Shown here piece after piece: positions 53,101-64,000 of a stretch of DNA of 64,000 nt. A program made the translations under genes and the position numbers. The stretch spans positions 11,222,001 to 11,286,000 of the forward strand of contig NC_092672.1 of NCBI RefSeq assembly GCF_964355755.1, written 5' to 3'. Below the pieces are notes generated by a model. It made no database searches. It worked only from the letters and a program-made list of their open reading frames with translations, and was not told the DNA's origin. Each line of letters opens with the position of its first letter. Positions within the stretch are counted from its first letter, which is position 1. The DNA is from Antedon mediterranea. Lineage: Eukaryota > Animalia > Echinodermata.

Positions 53101-56100
53101 AATATTCCGTAATAGTTATTACAAAGTGCGACAACTTTATTAAAAAGTGCAATAGCAGTTATTACAAATGCCATAATAGTTATTACAAAGTGCGACAACT
53201 TTATTAAAAAGTGCGATAGCAGTTATTACAAATGCCATAATAGTTATTACAAGTGCGACAACTTTAAAAAAAAAGTGCAATAGCAGTTATTAAAAAGTGC
53301 GATAGCAGTTATTTTTAAATTTGATTATTTTTTAATTTAATTTTTAAAAATTCCATAATATTTATCACAAAGTGCGACAACTTTATTAAAAAGTGCAATA
53401 GCAGTTATTACAAGTGACATAATAGTTATTACAAAGTGCGAAAATTTTATTAAAAAGTGCGATAGCAGTTATTAAAAATTCCATAATAGTTATTACAAAG
53501 TGCGACAACTTTATTAAAAAGTGCGATAGCAGTTATTACAAATGTCATAATAGTTATTACAAAGTGCGAAAACTTTATTAAAAAGTGTTACAAAGTGCGA
53601 AAACTTTATTAAAAAGTGCAATAGCAGTTATTACAAATTCCATAATAGTTATTACAAAGTGCAACAACTTTATTAAAAAGTGCAATAGCAGTTATTACAA
53701 GTGCCATAATAGTTATTACAAAGTGCGAAAACTTTATTAAAAAGTGCGATAGCAGTTATTTCAAATTCCATAATAGTTATTACAAAGTGCGACAACTTTA
53801 TTAAAAAGTGCGATAACAGTTATTACAAATGCCATAATATTTATTACAAAGTGCGACAACTTTATTAAAAAGTGCAATAGCAGTTATTACAAATTCCATA
53901 ATAGTTATTACAAAGTGCGACAACTTTATTAAAAAGTGCGATAGCAGTTATTACACATTCCATAATAGTTATTTCAAAGTGCGACAATGTTATTACCAAT
54001 TGAGGTTGAAGTATTACAAAGTGCGACAATAGTCATTACAAATTGCTACAATTTTAAAACAAAAATAATCAGTTATTAAACTAGTTATTAAAAATGTGTG
54101 ACAATTTGTTTACAAAGTTTGAAAATTGTTATTAAAATAGTGTGACAATTTGTTTACAAATTAAATACAGATTTATTTAATTTAGATTCACTTTTTGTTT
54201 ATTTTCAGACGTCCTAAATGCTGACGAAGGTAAGCATTTTTATTATGAATATGCCTATACATTCCTTATTATAAGAAAAGATTATTGAATAATAATCTAT
54301 TACACAAAAACTAAGAAGCAAAATAACGTACAATAACATAATCGAAAAAATAACCTCTTTAGTAGAGTAAATCTATATATAAATTATGGTTAATTCTGAC
54401 ATAGGCGAGCACAATGGAAACACTTCGGTACTAAACTCCGCCTTATCTATCTCAGATGTACCGCGAATATACCGCGTTATAACGCCCTAATTATACAATA
54501 CGTTCACACGTACATGCGCATGCGTAGTAAATCAACAAACCCAGAGCCATAATAATAATAACATTATTTTGATGATTTTAAACAAAAAAATAGCTTTGAT
54601 CCATTTAATTTAACGGCTCTGGCTGTGCGCTCCATACACGATCTTCGTGTTTATTGTAGGCTACAGCGATTCTCTAGTAATTGCTAGCATTGTTTTTACA
54701 TATTTTTGGTTAAAATCATCTTTGCAGTAACTTTATGATTGCGTTATCTTAACTAAAATCTTTAAACAAATTGATTGTTTTGATATTTAAAACCTTGTGA
54801 ATGTTATACATTTTTTAAGCACATGACTCCATACACTACATAGGCATAGTTGGACACAAAGATTGCTAGTAATGTACCACGTGACTTTTTAAAATCCGTG
54901 AATGCGCCGAGAGGTTTGTTGATGTACTACGCATGCGCATGTACGTGTGAACAGATTGTATATTTAGGGCGTTATAACGCCGTATTTAGGGGGTTATCGG
55001 CGTTATAACGCCCTAATACGGCGTTATAACGCAGTATTATTATAATTTTTTATTCTTTGGCGGAAATCAGCCACCGTAGATAAAGGCTTTTTAAAGAAAA
55101 TTTCTGATTTCAATCGGTAAATTTTAACTCTACGCGCGGTAGAAGTAATTTCCGGGTTCACGGTAAGGTGCTGTGTCAATCACCTTGCAACTTCCCTGCA
55201 TGGTTGGTTTCTACCAGGGAGTTGTAAAACAAATCCCTGTTTCAACTAAGTTGGCCTCTGGTGCTTGGTGGCGATAGCCATTTTTAGTTTATTTTCGGAC
55301 CGCGCGTGTGAAGGTATATAGATAGTAGTACATAAAGATCAAATTAAATATATTCATAAAACATAGGAGTAGGCCTAATGTGGGAAATAATTATATAAGA
55401 TTACATCGAGAGAACTGATGATAAGAGCTTTTGTTTGAATGAAAAGAAACCCGGATAGACGATTTGTTGAGTAAGCTGCCAGGAATGTATGTATACTGTG
55501 CACCGTTAGGACCCTGGAAAACTGCCCATGTTGCAAGCCGTCTAAAAGTCTTCATCGTCTTCCTTCTTAGGCCAAAAAGGCTCACTGTGTCGCGAAATAA
55601 TGTATTAATTATACCAATTAGGATGGTATTTATTTGATTAAACGCCCGGAACACCTCTTCAATAAAACATCAATTAAAATAAGTATCGCCACCCTCTAGT
55701 AATAATAATTTTACCACCACCATTCTAAACAAAATTACAAATAGACGCCCTATAAAAAAAATTATGCGTTACCAATATGATCTATTCTTTGCAATTGCCA
55801 CAAATAGCCGCCCTATAAAAAAAATCATGCGTTACTAGTATGGTTTATTCTTTGCCATTGCCGCAAATAGCCGTCACAAGTAGTTTAAATTCGTCGTGTC
55901 ATTACCCTACCCTCTTGGGGTAGAATTATATTTACATAGAAAGTCACATATTGCTCATTCTTCTGAGGGCCTACTTATATTTATACAACATAACTGCCCA
56001 TCCTAATGATGGCTTATTGTATTTTTTATTTAATACTTTGAATTAATCTGTAAAACTATTAAGTTTGATGCATTGTGAAATAAAAACGAATGAACGAACG

Positions 56101-59100
56101 AACTTATGGCATGTTTTTTATTACAGATGTTGTAGAGATTGTTGAAGTTGTCGAACCGAGTAAGTAATTTATATATAGTCATTAAACTACTGCAGCAGCA
56201 ATGTTGGAAGCATGATCAACGTTGAATGTGAACATTATACCTAATAGTAGGCCTACAATGTAAATTCACAGTATGCATCGTTAGGAGGCTTTCGATTTGC
56301 GACTACCTAGAACTTGATACATGACGTAATATTAATTTGTTGCGCGCATGCGTTTAAGAGTGGTTTGGGAATTTGAGCCAAGTCGGTCGTCGTCAAACCC
56401 AGTTTCGGCGATTCCAGGTCCAGGTGACGATTCTGTACCAACAAACATGCGCATTTGTTTTGGTGTGCACGGTCTTGCAAACAAAAAAATTAGATGACTT
56501 TGGCCAAATAACGTCATGTATAAGTCCTACAGAAATAGGTCAAAAATCAAAACCTAATTACTCTACTGAAAATATCATCTTACATTTAATTTTATAGCAA
56601 TCCTAACAAGAGGAGAAGCTGTTACTGCTTCACAAAGTTCCGAGGGATGGTCCGGTGTGGCGTCACGGGCAATTGATGGCGGTTTACAAACTGGCTACAG
56701 CAGTGGCTCCTGTACTCATACACGTAAATATCATGCTAATATTATTATCATTTACATTATTTTTGCTAAAATTAAATAATAGTATTTTTATAAAATCATT
56801 TTGGGGATGTCATGTCCAAATAATTAATTACCTCGAGTATTTATTATATATGTATTCAAAATACCACTTTCAAACGTAGAGGCTACAATAAATTATTATT
56901 CTTTTATATATGGTAAAAGAGCATGACGTTTGAAATCAAACCCATCTTTAATACACACAAAATACGCACATAATGCTTCTACTAATAATGAAGAATTGTT
57001 CACATTTCATTTTTAAAGAAAACTCTGGCACCAGCTGGTGGAAGGCTGACTTGGCGGAGACCAGTGACATTTTGTTTGTCAGGATTTATAACCGGAACTG
57101 TAAGTTTAATTTACTCAAGTATTTTCATTTTTACGATTTGTCAGACGATAACTATACTTGTTATAAAAATTATGAAGCATAGGTTTTCCTGATTCCTAAG
57201 TGATGATTGCTTTCTGGTCGTAATGACTTTATCGCTTAGTTGTTGAAGTAAAGGGTTCATATTAGGCCTAATAATGTAGTATCCTTCTCATTTGATTTTT
57301 AAAGAATCGTACAATTTTTTTTTCTGATCAATCATCGTTGTGCTAGAGATGGAACTCTATTGGAACTAAGCTTTAGTCTTTACAAAATATATAAAATAAG
57401 GGTATACGATATATCCATATAGATATCTATATAAATATCTATTGTCCCGAATCCGTACACCAGATACGATAGTATGAACGCTTTTATTCTTTAACACTAA
57501 ACCCATTTTCCATAAATGCGGCGACGTATGCGCGATGCAAGAAGAGATCATACAAGCGACAGTTCAGATGATCCACAACTTTGTATACCATGTTAGTTGC
57601 GTGACGTATTCCTCCTTCTTGCGTTGCGTTCTGTGGGAACCAAGCATTAGTAAGTCAATGTTGTATGTTGATTATGTTTACAATTAAATATCCGTATTAA
57701 TCAACTATTGCTTATATAGCTTTTGGCGAACGTTTGGAATCAGCCGTAGTACGCGTTGGAGACAACGAAAATGCCGATGCCAATGACCCTTGTGGAAGTC
57801 CCGTAACTACGATTGACGTCAGAAACGGACCAGTCATCGACAAGTATTGTGCTGCCGGGACGAGGGGAAGATACATCAGTGTTCATGTTGCTAATTACCT
57901 CACCTTGTGCGAAGTAGAAGCTTATTCTGCAGGTAAGAAGCAGCAACAATTCGGCAATATTGTTTTCACTGATGATCTGAATTGTAATACTGAGCTTTTT
58001 AGAAAACTGCGCAAAAAATATCAAAATACATTTGCCTGAGTTTATTATAAAATATTATAGTGACTTAGGCCTCAATATTTAAATTGATGTATATGATATG
58101 ATGTATGCAAGTATATCAGATATTTAACACTAAAACACTATAATAGTTTAATTGCGAGAACACTATGGATACTAAATGAAGTATGTTTATTCATCAAATC
58201 ATTGTGTGAAAATAGTGCTATGTACAATGTTAAAGTAAAATTATAACATTAACTCATCAAATCTAGGGTCTTAGAAAACTACTAGATATGTTTACAAAAT
58301 GTTCCGTGGGTTAGGATTGAGGAAATCAATACAAATACAACTGTTCAGCTCAAAAGAGTAGAGTCCCCTGTAAATACTAATAAATACCTCGTTATATATT
58401 ATTTCAACATTACAGAGTTGCTGAGTCAAGGCCGTTTCGCTACACAAAGTTCTGAGGGATGGAGTGGCGTAGCAAGCAGAGCAGTTGATGCTTCGCACTC
58501 TGGGAACTACAACCACAATACCTGCACTCACACACGTAAGTTATAGACGTTTATTGTACCGTTCGGATGTCTGAATGTTGTAGAAAAAATAAACAAACAT
58601 CTTTTTGTATGATTATTTCGAATGTAGTTTTTTTACTAACTATATCAATAAGTTGAATAATGTGATTTTCCTTTAGAGCGCCAACCTCAGAATTGGTGGA
58701 AGCTTGATCTTGGAAATTCTTACACAGTCAGATTCGTGAGAATTTACAATAGACACGGTAAAAACTTATCTAGGCAAAGAACATGAATTATTCGTTCATA
58801 TTCTATTACTTTATTAAATATGCATTAGGTGTGACGTAATAATTGGACTGCCTCACATTATATATTACTTGAGGCAAGTTTAGGTAACAAGCAATATAGG
58901 CCTACTATTATAATATAATAATAAATTCATGTTAAAACAATACGTTAGTACAATTGCCATATTGTACAATATAACAATAGAAACAAAAATAGGCCTAATA
59001 AAGTTTGTTTTAATACTGAGAAATTAAAGTAACAATGAATTAAATTTAAGATTGCTGTAGAGAGCGATTAGCTGGTGCCATTGTCCGTGTTGGCGATGAC

Positions 59101-62100
59101 GAAGGCATGACGTCAAACCCTCAATGCGGAGAACCAATAGCAGCTGATGACACTACTGCATCATCCATCATCGACCGACAGTGCAATCCTACACTTGATG
59201 GTCAATACGTCAGTATATCCCTAGAAAACAACTACCTAACTCTTTGTGAAGTCGAAGTATGGGGAGATGGTATGAACTAATGTAGTTAGCGCAATAGCGT
59301 ATTAATTTTATGTGTAAAAGCATGTACAAATCTTTCAGAATAATAATAAATAATAGCTATAATTAATATATTTATATATATATAATAATAATCTTTTAGA
59401 GATAAAAAATAAATGTCACGGGCACTTGTGTGTCTGTATGCATACAATGTTCCAAGCTAAAACAGAATTCTTTGTTTATCTTTTTCAGGAGATATGGAAA
59501 GACCTGTCGTTTCTGAATCTCCTTCTGGTAATGCTCACTACTGGTCATAACAGACTAGATAATCATATTAAGATATGAATCCTATTCTTGACTTATCTTG
59601 TATTAGGCTTACATATAAATATAGTTCTAATTCTCCTGTCATTCTACTGCAGATACGAGGCTTCATACATGAAAGTCTTCCAGTGGATCTGAATACATGT
59701 CATGTAATGATATAAATATGTATATAATTATGACACTAAATAACTAATTCTAAATATGGTTAGATTCTAGCCCAATGAAGCAGCGGCTACTGCAAAACCA
59801 GCATGATGATAATAATTATGATTATTATGAAGTATTTTAAAATTAATTTAAGATGAAAAAATGAATGAATAAGGTACAATTACGAGAAAATTTCGAGAAA
59901 AGAAAAGAGCAAATATCTGACAATACCGTGCTCCCTGAAGCAAAGCTACTTTGAAATAGATATTCAATTTAAACCTGTTTGGGGCTGCTTCATTGGACTT
60001 GAATCTAAAGGGCCTTTCACACCTGTTCCGGCACGGTTCCGGTCCGGCAAATCGAACAAAAATGTTTCGTTTTTACGACGCTCCACGCAGCCAAGCACCA
60101 ACCGATATGCGCGTAGCCGCGTGAAAACGAAACATTGACGTTCGATTGGATTTGCCGTCGCCGGACCGGAACCGTGCCGGAGCAGGTGTGAAAGGCCCTT
60201 AACTCTAGTCAGGCAAGCTCGATTGTCTAGAACGCTAGGCTAGAGATACCGGAGTAAATGGGTTAGTGTCCCAAATTTGAATTGTATTTATGTTTACTTG
60301 CTAAGGGTTGTTGTCGGCTGGAAAACCCACTGCTCAGAGTTCATTAGGATGGCAAGGTTTATCGATGAGAGCCGTTGATGGCGATTACGGGGCAAGATAC
60401 AACCAGAGAACTTGTACTCATACTCGTGAGTTTTTACATTAATGATTATAGTGTACATTCTGTTATTACTTTTGCCAATAATTATATTATTAGTTGGCTA
60501 TTTTTTAATTTTGTTTAATTTGGTAAAATAACAATTTTCAAAGTATATTTATACTTACACTGTTTGTTTAACAATTTGTATGCACGATAGAGAGTCTACA
60601 GTTTTTAAGTTATCTACTTAAATTGTTAGGCCTCACAGAACATATCGATTTTCATGAAAATTATATTGGATGACTTCACAAAAGCTTAAAATCTCGATTT
60701 CCCTTCAACATAAGCTGAAATATTAGCACGCCCTCTGTCCTCTGCATTTTGTCAAACATTTCACTCATTCCTCTGAACGCTGAATGGATTGTTTATATTG
60801 GGGGAGGGGGTGGGGGGTGTCAAATATTAGTGGTCTGCATTTCAACCAATTATTGAAATGCAAATTGTATAAATATAAATCTTAACGAAAAGCTATATGT
60901 GCCCACAGATGGTTCTTTTGATTTACCGAAATTTTTCATAGCGTAAATGTAGGCCTATATATAGATTGATGTTAGTGTTATTTATGATTATCAAAATAAC
61001 AAGCATGCATCTGTATACTTGTATATATTAAAAATGTTTATATTCCACGTTTAGAAAGCGACAACCCAAGTTGGTGGAGAGTTGATCTTGGACAATCACT
61101 AACTGTACGATATGTGAGGATAAGGAATCGAGCAGGTCTTGAATCACGAATTTCATTTTTTTTAAAAATCATTTAAATGTTTATGAAAGTAAATGTAATT
61201 GTACAGTATTGGTACAATTACAGTAATAGTGATAATAAACGTCGACCTTATATTAGTCGATATGCACAAAACTTCAACGCGCTTCACATTATTAACAATA
61301 ATTAAGTAATGTTTTGGATCAAACACGTCTGGAAACATGCTCCCATAATGTTGTGTCTGTAATCAGCGCAGTTGTGTTTTGACCTTTACCAGGTACCCAT
61401 GTTTACACCTGAGAGGCAAACGTAAGTAGAGTGTCTTGCCTAAGGATACAAGCAATGCGACGAACTTCGGATTCGAACTCACGATCAATAGTCCATCCTA
61501 CACGCCTTACGCCATCATATTAGATAATGTTGACTGGTACATTTTATTATGATATTAACATTACCTCCTACCAATTATTATTTTGTAATATTTTGCACCT
61601 AGATTGTTGCAGTGATCGATTAAATAATGCACAAGTTCGTGTTGGTGACAACGAAGATGTGATGTCAAACGCTGAATGTGGAGAAGCATTTACTTTGGAA
61701 GACATCACCAATGTACCTTCCCCAGCCAGAATCTGCAATGGCGATGAAGGCCTTCAAGGACGGTACGTTAGCGTGAACGTAAACAACTATCTAACTCTCT
61801 GCGAAGTTGAGGTTTATGACGGAGGTGAGTAGCCTACGAATACCGTACGATTTGACGTTTTTGTGACGTTGAACATTCAGTAGTCTAGCCACTAGACACG
61901 GTATTTACAAACAAAATTAGCCATCAAACATTCGGTAATGCATTTTAAATAAATATAAATAAATGTATATATTCTCTAAATATAACAGTGTTGCTTACTG
62001 GAGGTACTGCTTCTCAGAGCTCGGATGGATGGGGTGGGGAAGCTGCAAGAGCAATTGATGGAAACCGAAATCATCTTTACGGAGGCAGCTCATGCACACA

Positions 62101-63772
62101 CACCCGTAAGTATGCACACTCACACGCGTTCTTGATTAGATTTGGATTTGAAGGTAAACTAACATAAAATAAAGAGAGAATCTAAACATGTTTGTGAGAG
62201 TGTACTGAAATTGTACTATATCATGTATGATTCCACCGGACTTTCGAGTTAAAATAACGATTGTGAGGCATTTTGATAAACAGGCAAACTATATTGACAT
62301 GTTTTACTATAATAATAATATCACATTTTTATAGCGCCCTTTTATGAATACAAATTATCATTCACTTATGAATGACTTATGTTACACTTCAACTACATGT
62401 ACAGCTAAGTGTGATCTAGCACGACGGGGTAACTCGTGCTCGCCTCGAAAGATACTAGGTTCTTTACAATTGACAATTCTTATCCGATCCGAGCTGAGAC
62501 TTGTTCTACCACCACCATAACCATGGAGAGAGTGACCCTCGAACCCTTGTAATAATAAATTACTCAAAGAGCCGGGCTTCCAGGGAGCCCTTCGCGGCTC
62601 GCTATCCCACAACATAATGTTACTCGCTTCGCTCGCAAAGTATTTTATTTGTATACGTCCCCCACTATTAAAAACAGATCTGTGCCGTTGCTTGTGGCTA
62701 TGCACGGATTACGGTCCCACTGCGTTGACCACTCGGCCACTCACTCACTAAACGTAAAATACAAAACGTAATACAATACAAACATGAAAAGAAATAAAAT
62801 GAAGGCATATTCCTGAAAAGATGAATAGCATATTGAGAGTGAACAAAGTTTAAAAAGGATTTAATAAAAAAAGAAACAAGGATGACCGATTAGGTTTCTA
62901 TTAATTTTTCGTTCTTTTTAACATTCTAAATCGTTACTTTGGCAGACGAAAACAATTTTATCTTTTTGCTCAAAAGAGTACAATAACAATTATAAATAAT
63001 TGACATAAATAACATAATACCATGTTAATTTCGTCAGAATTTTAAATACAGTAACACGCATTTGTAATATTGATATTGATTGGAGTAAACGACAACAAAT
63101 GTTTATTGACTAAACTGATTTAAATCAAAATTGGTTAATAATAAAATCTATGCAACGTTTAAAACTTATTATAAAAGGTCAGAACATTCATCTGACTGTG
63201 TTTATGTTCTATTATCTCTAGTTTAATTTCCATTTTAGGCTGAAAATATATACTGTAGCTCCTCTTGGATGCATCTGGAGAATGCTTTTTATCATTACAC
63301 ATTTTATTTATATTATTTAATGTTTTGTCTTCGTTTTAGAGAATCATCCTAACTCATGGTGGAAAGTCGATCTTCTGGAAACTTTTGACATTACTTCCGT
63401 AACTATTTTCAACAGAGCAGGTACGTAAAACTTACAATGCTTTCTCTCCGGAAGTGCGTACACTCTAAGTTTATTCATACACGAAAGACGAAAACTTGGT
63501 CTTTTGTCATTACATGCAACATGAGAAACAGATGCTAAAGATGATTTTCTTCCAAATACCAGATTGCTGTACAGATCGGATAGTCGGTGCTATCGTTCGG
63601 GTGAGCCGCGAAGAAGATAGCCAATCTGGCGAACAATGCGGCGAACCAGTTAGTAGCATTGATGTTTCACGCTCACCCAGAATCGTTCGAAAATGCACCC
63701 TTAATGGCCAATATGTTTCGGTTACCGTCAGTAACTACCTCACCCTCTGTGAAGTGGAAGTTTTTGGAACAC
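49973..63772 (+). CDS. Multi-domain F-type lectin (fucolectin-type domains), signal peptide plus at least 4 FTL domains, 3' end outside the window
   Basis: Exons 49973-50108, 54209-54229, 56127-56159, 56598-56723, 57019-57099, 57720-57932, 58416-58535, 58677-58757, 59051-59269, 59489-59527, 60306-60425, 61055-61135, 61603-61824, 61989-62105, 63340-63420 and 63563-63772, all introns phase 1. Each domain shows QSS..RA(I/V)D..CTHT, WWxxDL, NR, and G(R/Q)Y(V/I)S..LTLCEVE. Domains 2-4 match H-X26-R-X-D-X4-R. Confidence 0.92.
50631..51456 (+). mobile_element. Helentron-associated non-autonomous element (HINE-like), copy 2
   Basis: tttttagtcgcgtggaagcgactc...(GTCG/GTCT)n...cacgcgacttaatggctgttggccttgtt. 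Near-identical inverted partner at 45080-45837. Confidence 0.8.
51565..52050 (-). mobile_element. RTE-like LINE 3' fragment (frameshifted ORF2 C-terminus)
   Basis: The minus strand encodes IFLYNSELW (LY.SE.W), RRRLKWYGHIIRLPDD and KRPVGRPRNNW, followed by a short (AAG)n tail. Confidence 0.75.
52376..54160. repeat. ~1.8-kb satellite array built on TTATTACAAAGTGCGACA
   Basis: 26-bp units (ttattacaaagtgcgacagcgctgag) with a higher-order repeat at the left. A ~64-bp trimeric unit dominates the right part. Confidence 0.95.
54209..54229 (+). CDS. F-type lectin 21-nt micro-exon (DVLNADE)
   Basis: Strong acceptor ttttcag and donor G|gtaagc. Symmetric phase 1 and open. Confidence 0.65.
54474..54980. 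mobile_element. Inverted-repeat element (MITE-like) with ~67-bp arms and GGCGTTATAACGCC palindromes
   Basis: 54474-54541 is the imperfect reverse complement of 54913-54980. Extra GCGTTATAACGC copies occur up to 55032. Confidence 0.65.
56127..56159 (+). CDS. F-type lectin 33-nt micro-exon (DVVEIVEVVEP)
   Basis: ttacag acceptor and A|gtaagt donor. Symmetric phase 1 and open. Confidence 0.65.
56598..57932 (+). CDS. FTL domain 1 (exons 56598-56723, 57019-57099, 57720-57932)
   Basis: ASQSSEGWSGVASRAIDG..CTHT / WWKADL..IYNRN / SFGERL..GRYISV..LTLCEVEAY. Confidence 0.9.
58416..59269 (+). CDS. FTL domain 2 (exons 58416-58535, 58677-58757, 59051-59269)
   Basis: ATQSSEGWSGVASRAVD..CTHT / WWKLDLG..IYNRH / DCCRERL..GQYVSI..LTLCEVEVW. 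Confidence 0.9.
59489..59527 (+). CDS. F-type lectin 39-nt linker exon (GDMERPVVSESPS)
   Basis: tttttcag acceptor and G|gtaatg donor. Symmetric phase 1, S/P-rich linker between domains 2 and 3. Confidence 0.7.
59761..60007. mobile_element. MITE with ~24-bp TIRs (TAGATTCTAGCCCAATGAAGCAGC / GCTGCTTCATTGGACTTGAATCTA)
   Basis: Inverted termini with two mismatches. Confidence 0.65.
60009..60199. mobile_element. PIF/Harbinger-like MITE (AGGGCCTTTCACACCTG...), TAA TSD
   Basis: ~40-bp near-perfect TIRs with TAA on both sides. The element is largely self-complementary. Confidence 0.85.
60306..61824 (+). CDS. FTL domain 3 (exons 60306-60425, 61055-61135, 61603-61824)
   Basis: GKPTAQSS..RAVDG..CTHT / PSWWRVDLG..RNRA / DCCSDRL..GRYVSV..LTLCEVEVY. 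Confidence 0.9.
61255..61513 (-). mobile_element. tRNA-derived SINE remnant
   Basis: Contains ccaggtacccat..tacacctg..gtgtcttgcctaagga..ggattcgaactcacg (reverse B-box), the usual SINE2 head and body layout. Similar degenerate SINE-like pieces lie near 5370-5450, 30815-30940 and 62320-62745. Confidence 0.55.
61989..63772 (+). CDS. FTL domain 4 (exons 61989-62105, 63340-63420, 63563-63772)
   Basis: ASQSS..ARAIDGN..CTHT / WWKVDL..IFNRA / DCCTDRI..GQYVSV..LTLCEVEVF. Ends at a phase-1 donor, so the gene continues. Confidence 0.9.
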
Positions 63773-64000
63773 GTAAGTGAGAAACAACATTTCATATGTT
63801 TAATTATAAATCCTAAAATTCAACATCACGTGTCATTCTGCCGCAAACAAATCCAAATCCCGGTAATGATGTGGTAACAATGACGTTAGTTTCATTGGCA
63901 GCATATTGGAGGATTAGGAAATTGATAACGTAGCACTTGCAGTGCATGCTACTAGACGCATTGTTCCCGGTTTACGCTTTAAGCGACACAAGCGCAGCAA

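Noticed and set aside
54542-54621. CAGAGCC...GGCTCTG inverted ends as another P-like insert
   Set aside because: The ends fit CANRG but the flanks show no target-site duplication.

Overview
AT-rich eukaryotic (invertebrate) genomic DNA with GT-AG introns. The frequent TAGGCCTA motif and the repeat types suggest an echinoderm or other ambulacrarian (inference only). I reconstructed three + strand intron-containing genes by hand, with all splice phases consistent. (1) A complete 8-exon, 523-aa carotenoid oxygenase of the BCO1/BCO2/RPE65 family (21668-36585). (2) An uncharacterised protein of about 537 aa with three coding exons, a recent 52-aa internal duplication and a coiled-coil-like C-terminus (42207-48255). 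(3) A signal-peptide-bearing multi-domain F-type lectin with at least 4 domains and 16 exons in the window, all introns phase 1, running off the right edge (49973->63772). The first ~21 kb has no supportable CDS. Non-coding DNA is rich in MITEs, Helentron-type elements, LINE/SINE remnants and minisatellites. The most unusual signal is a set of unrelated short (21-47 bp) palindromic inserts with CANRG...CYNTG ends and 7-8 bp target-site duplications that share an NTNNN(N)AN pattern. They look like excision scars or minimal derivatives of several P/Galileo-superfamily transposon families. Most short ORFs in the supplied track are spurious.
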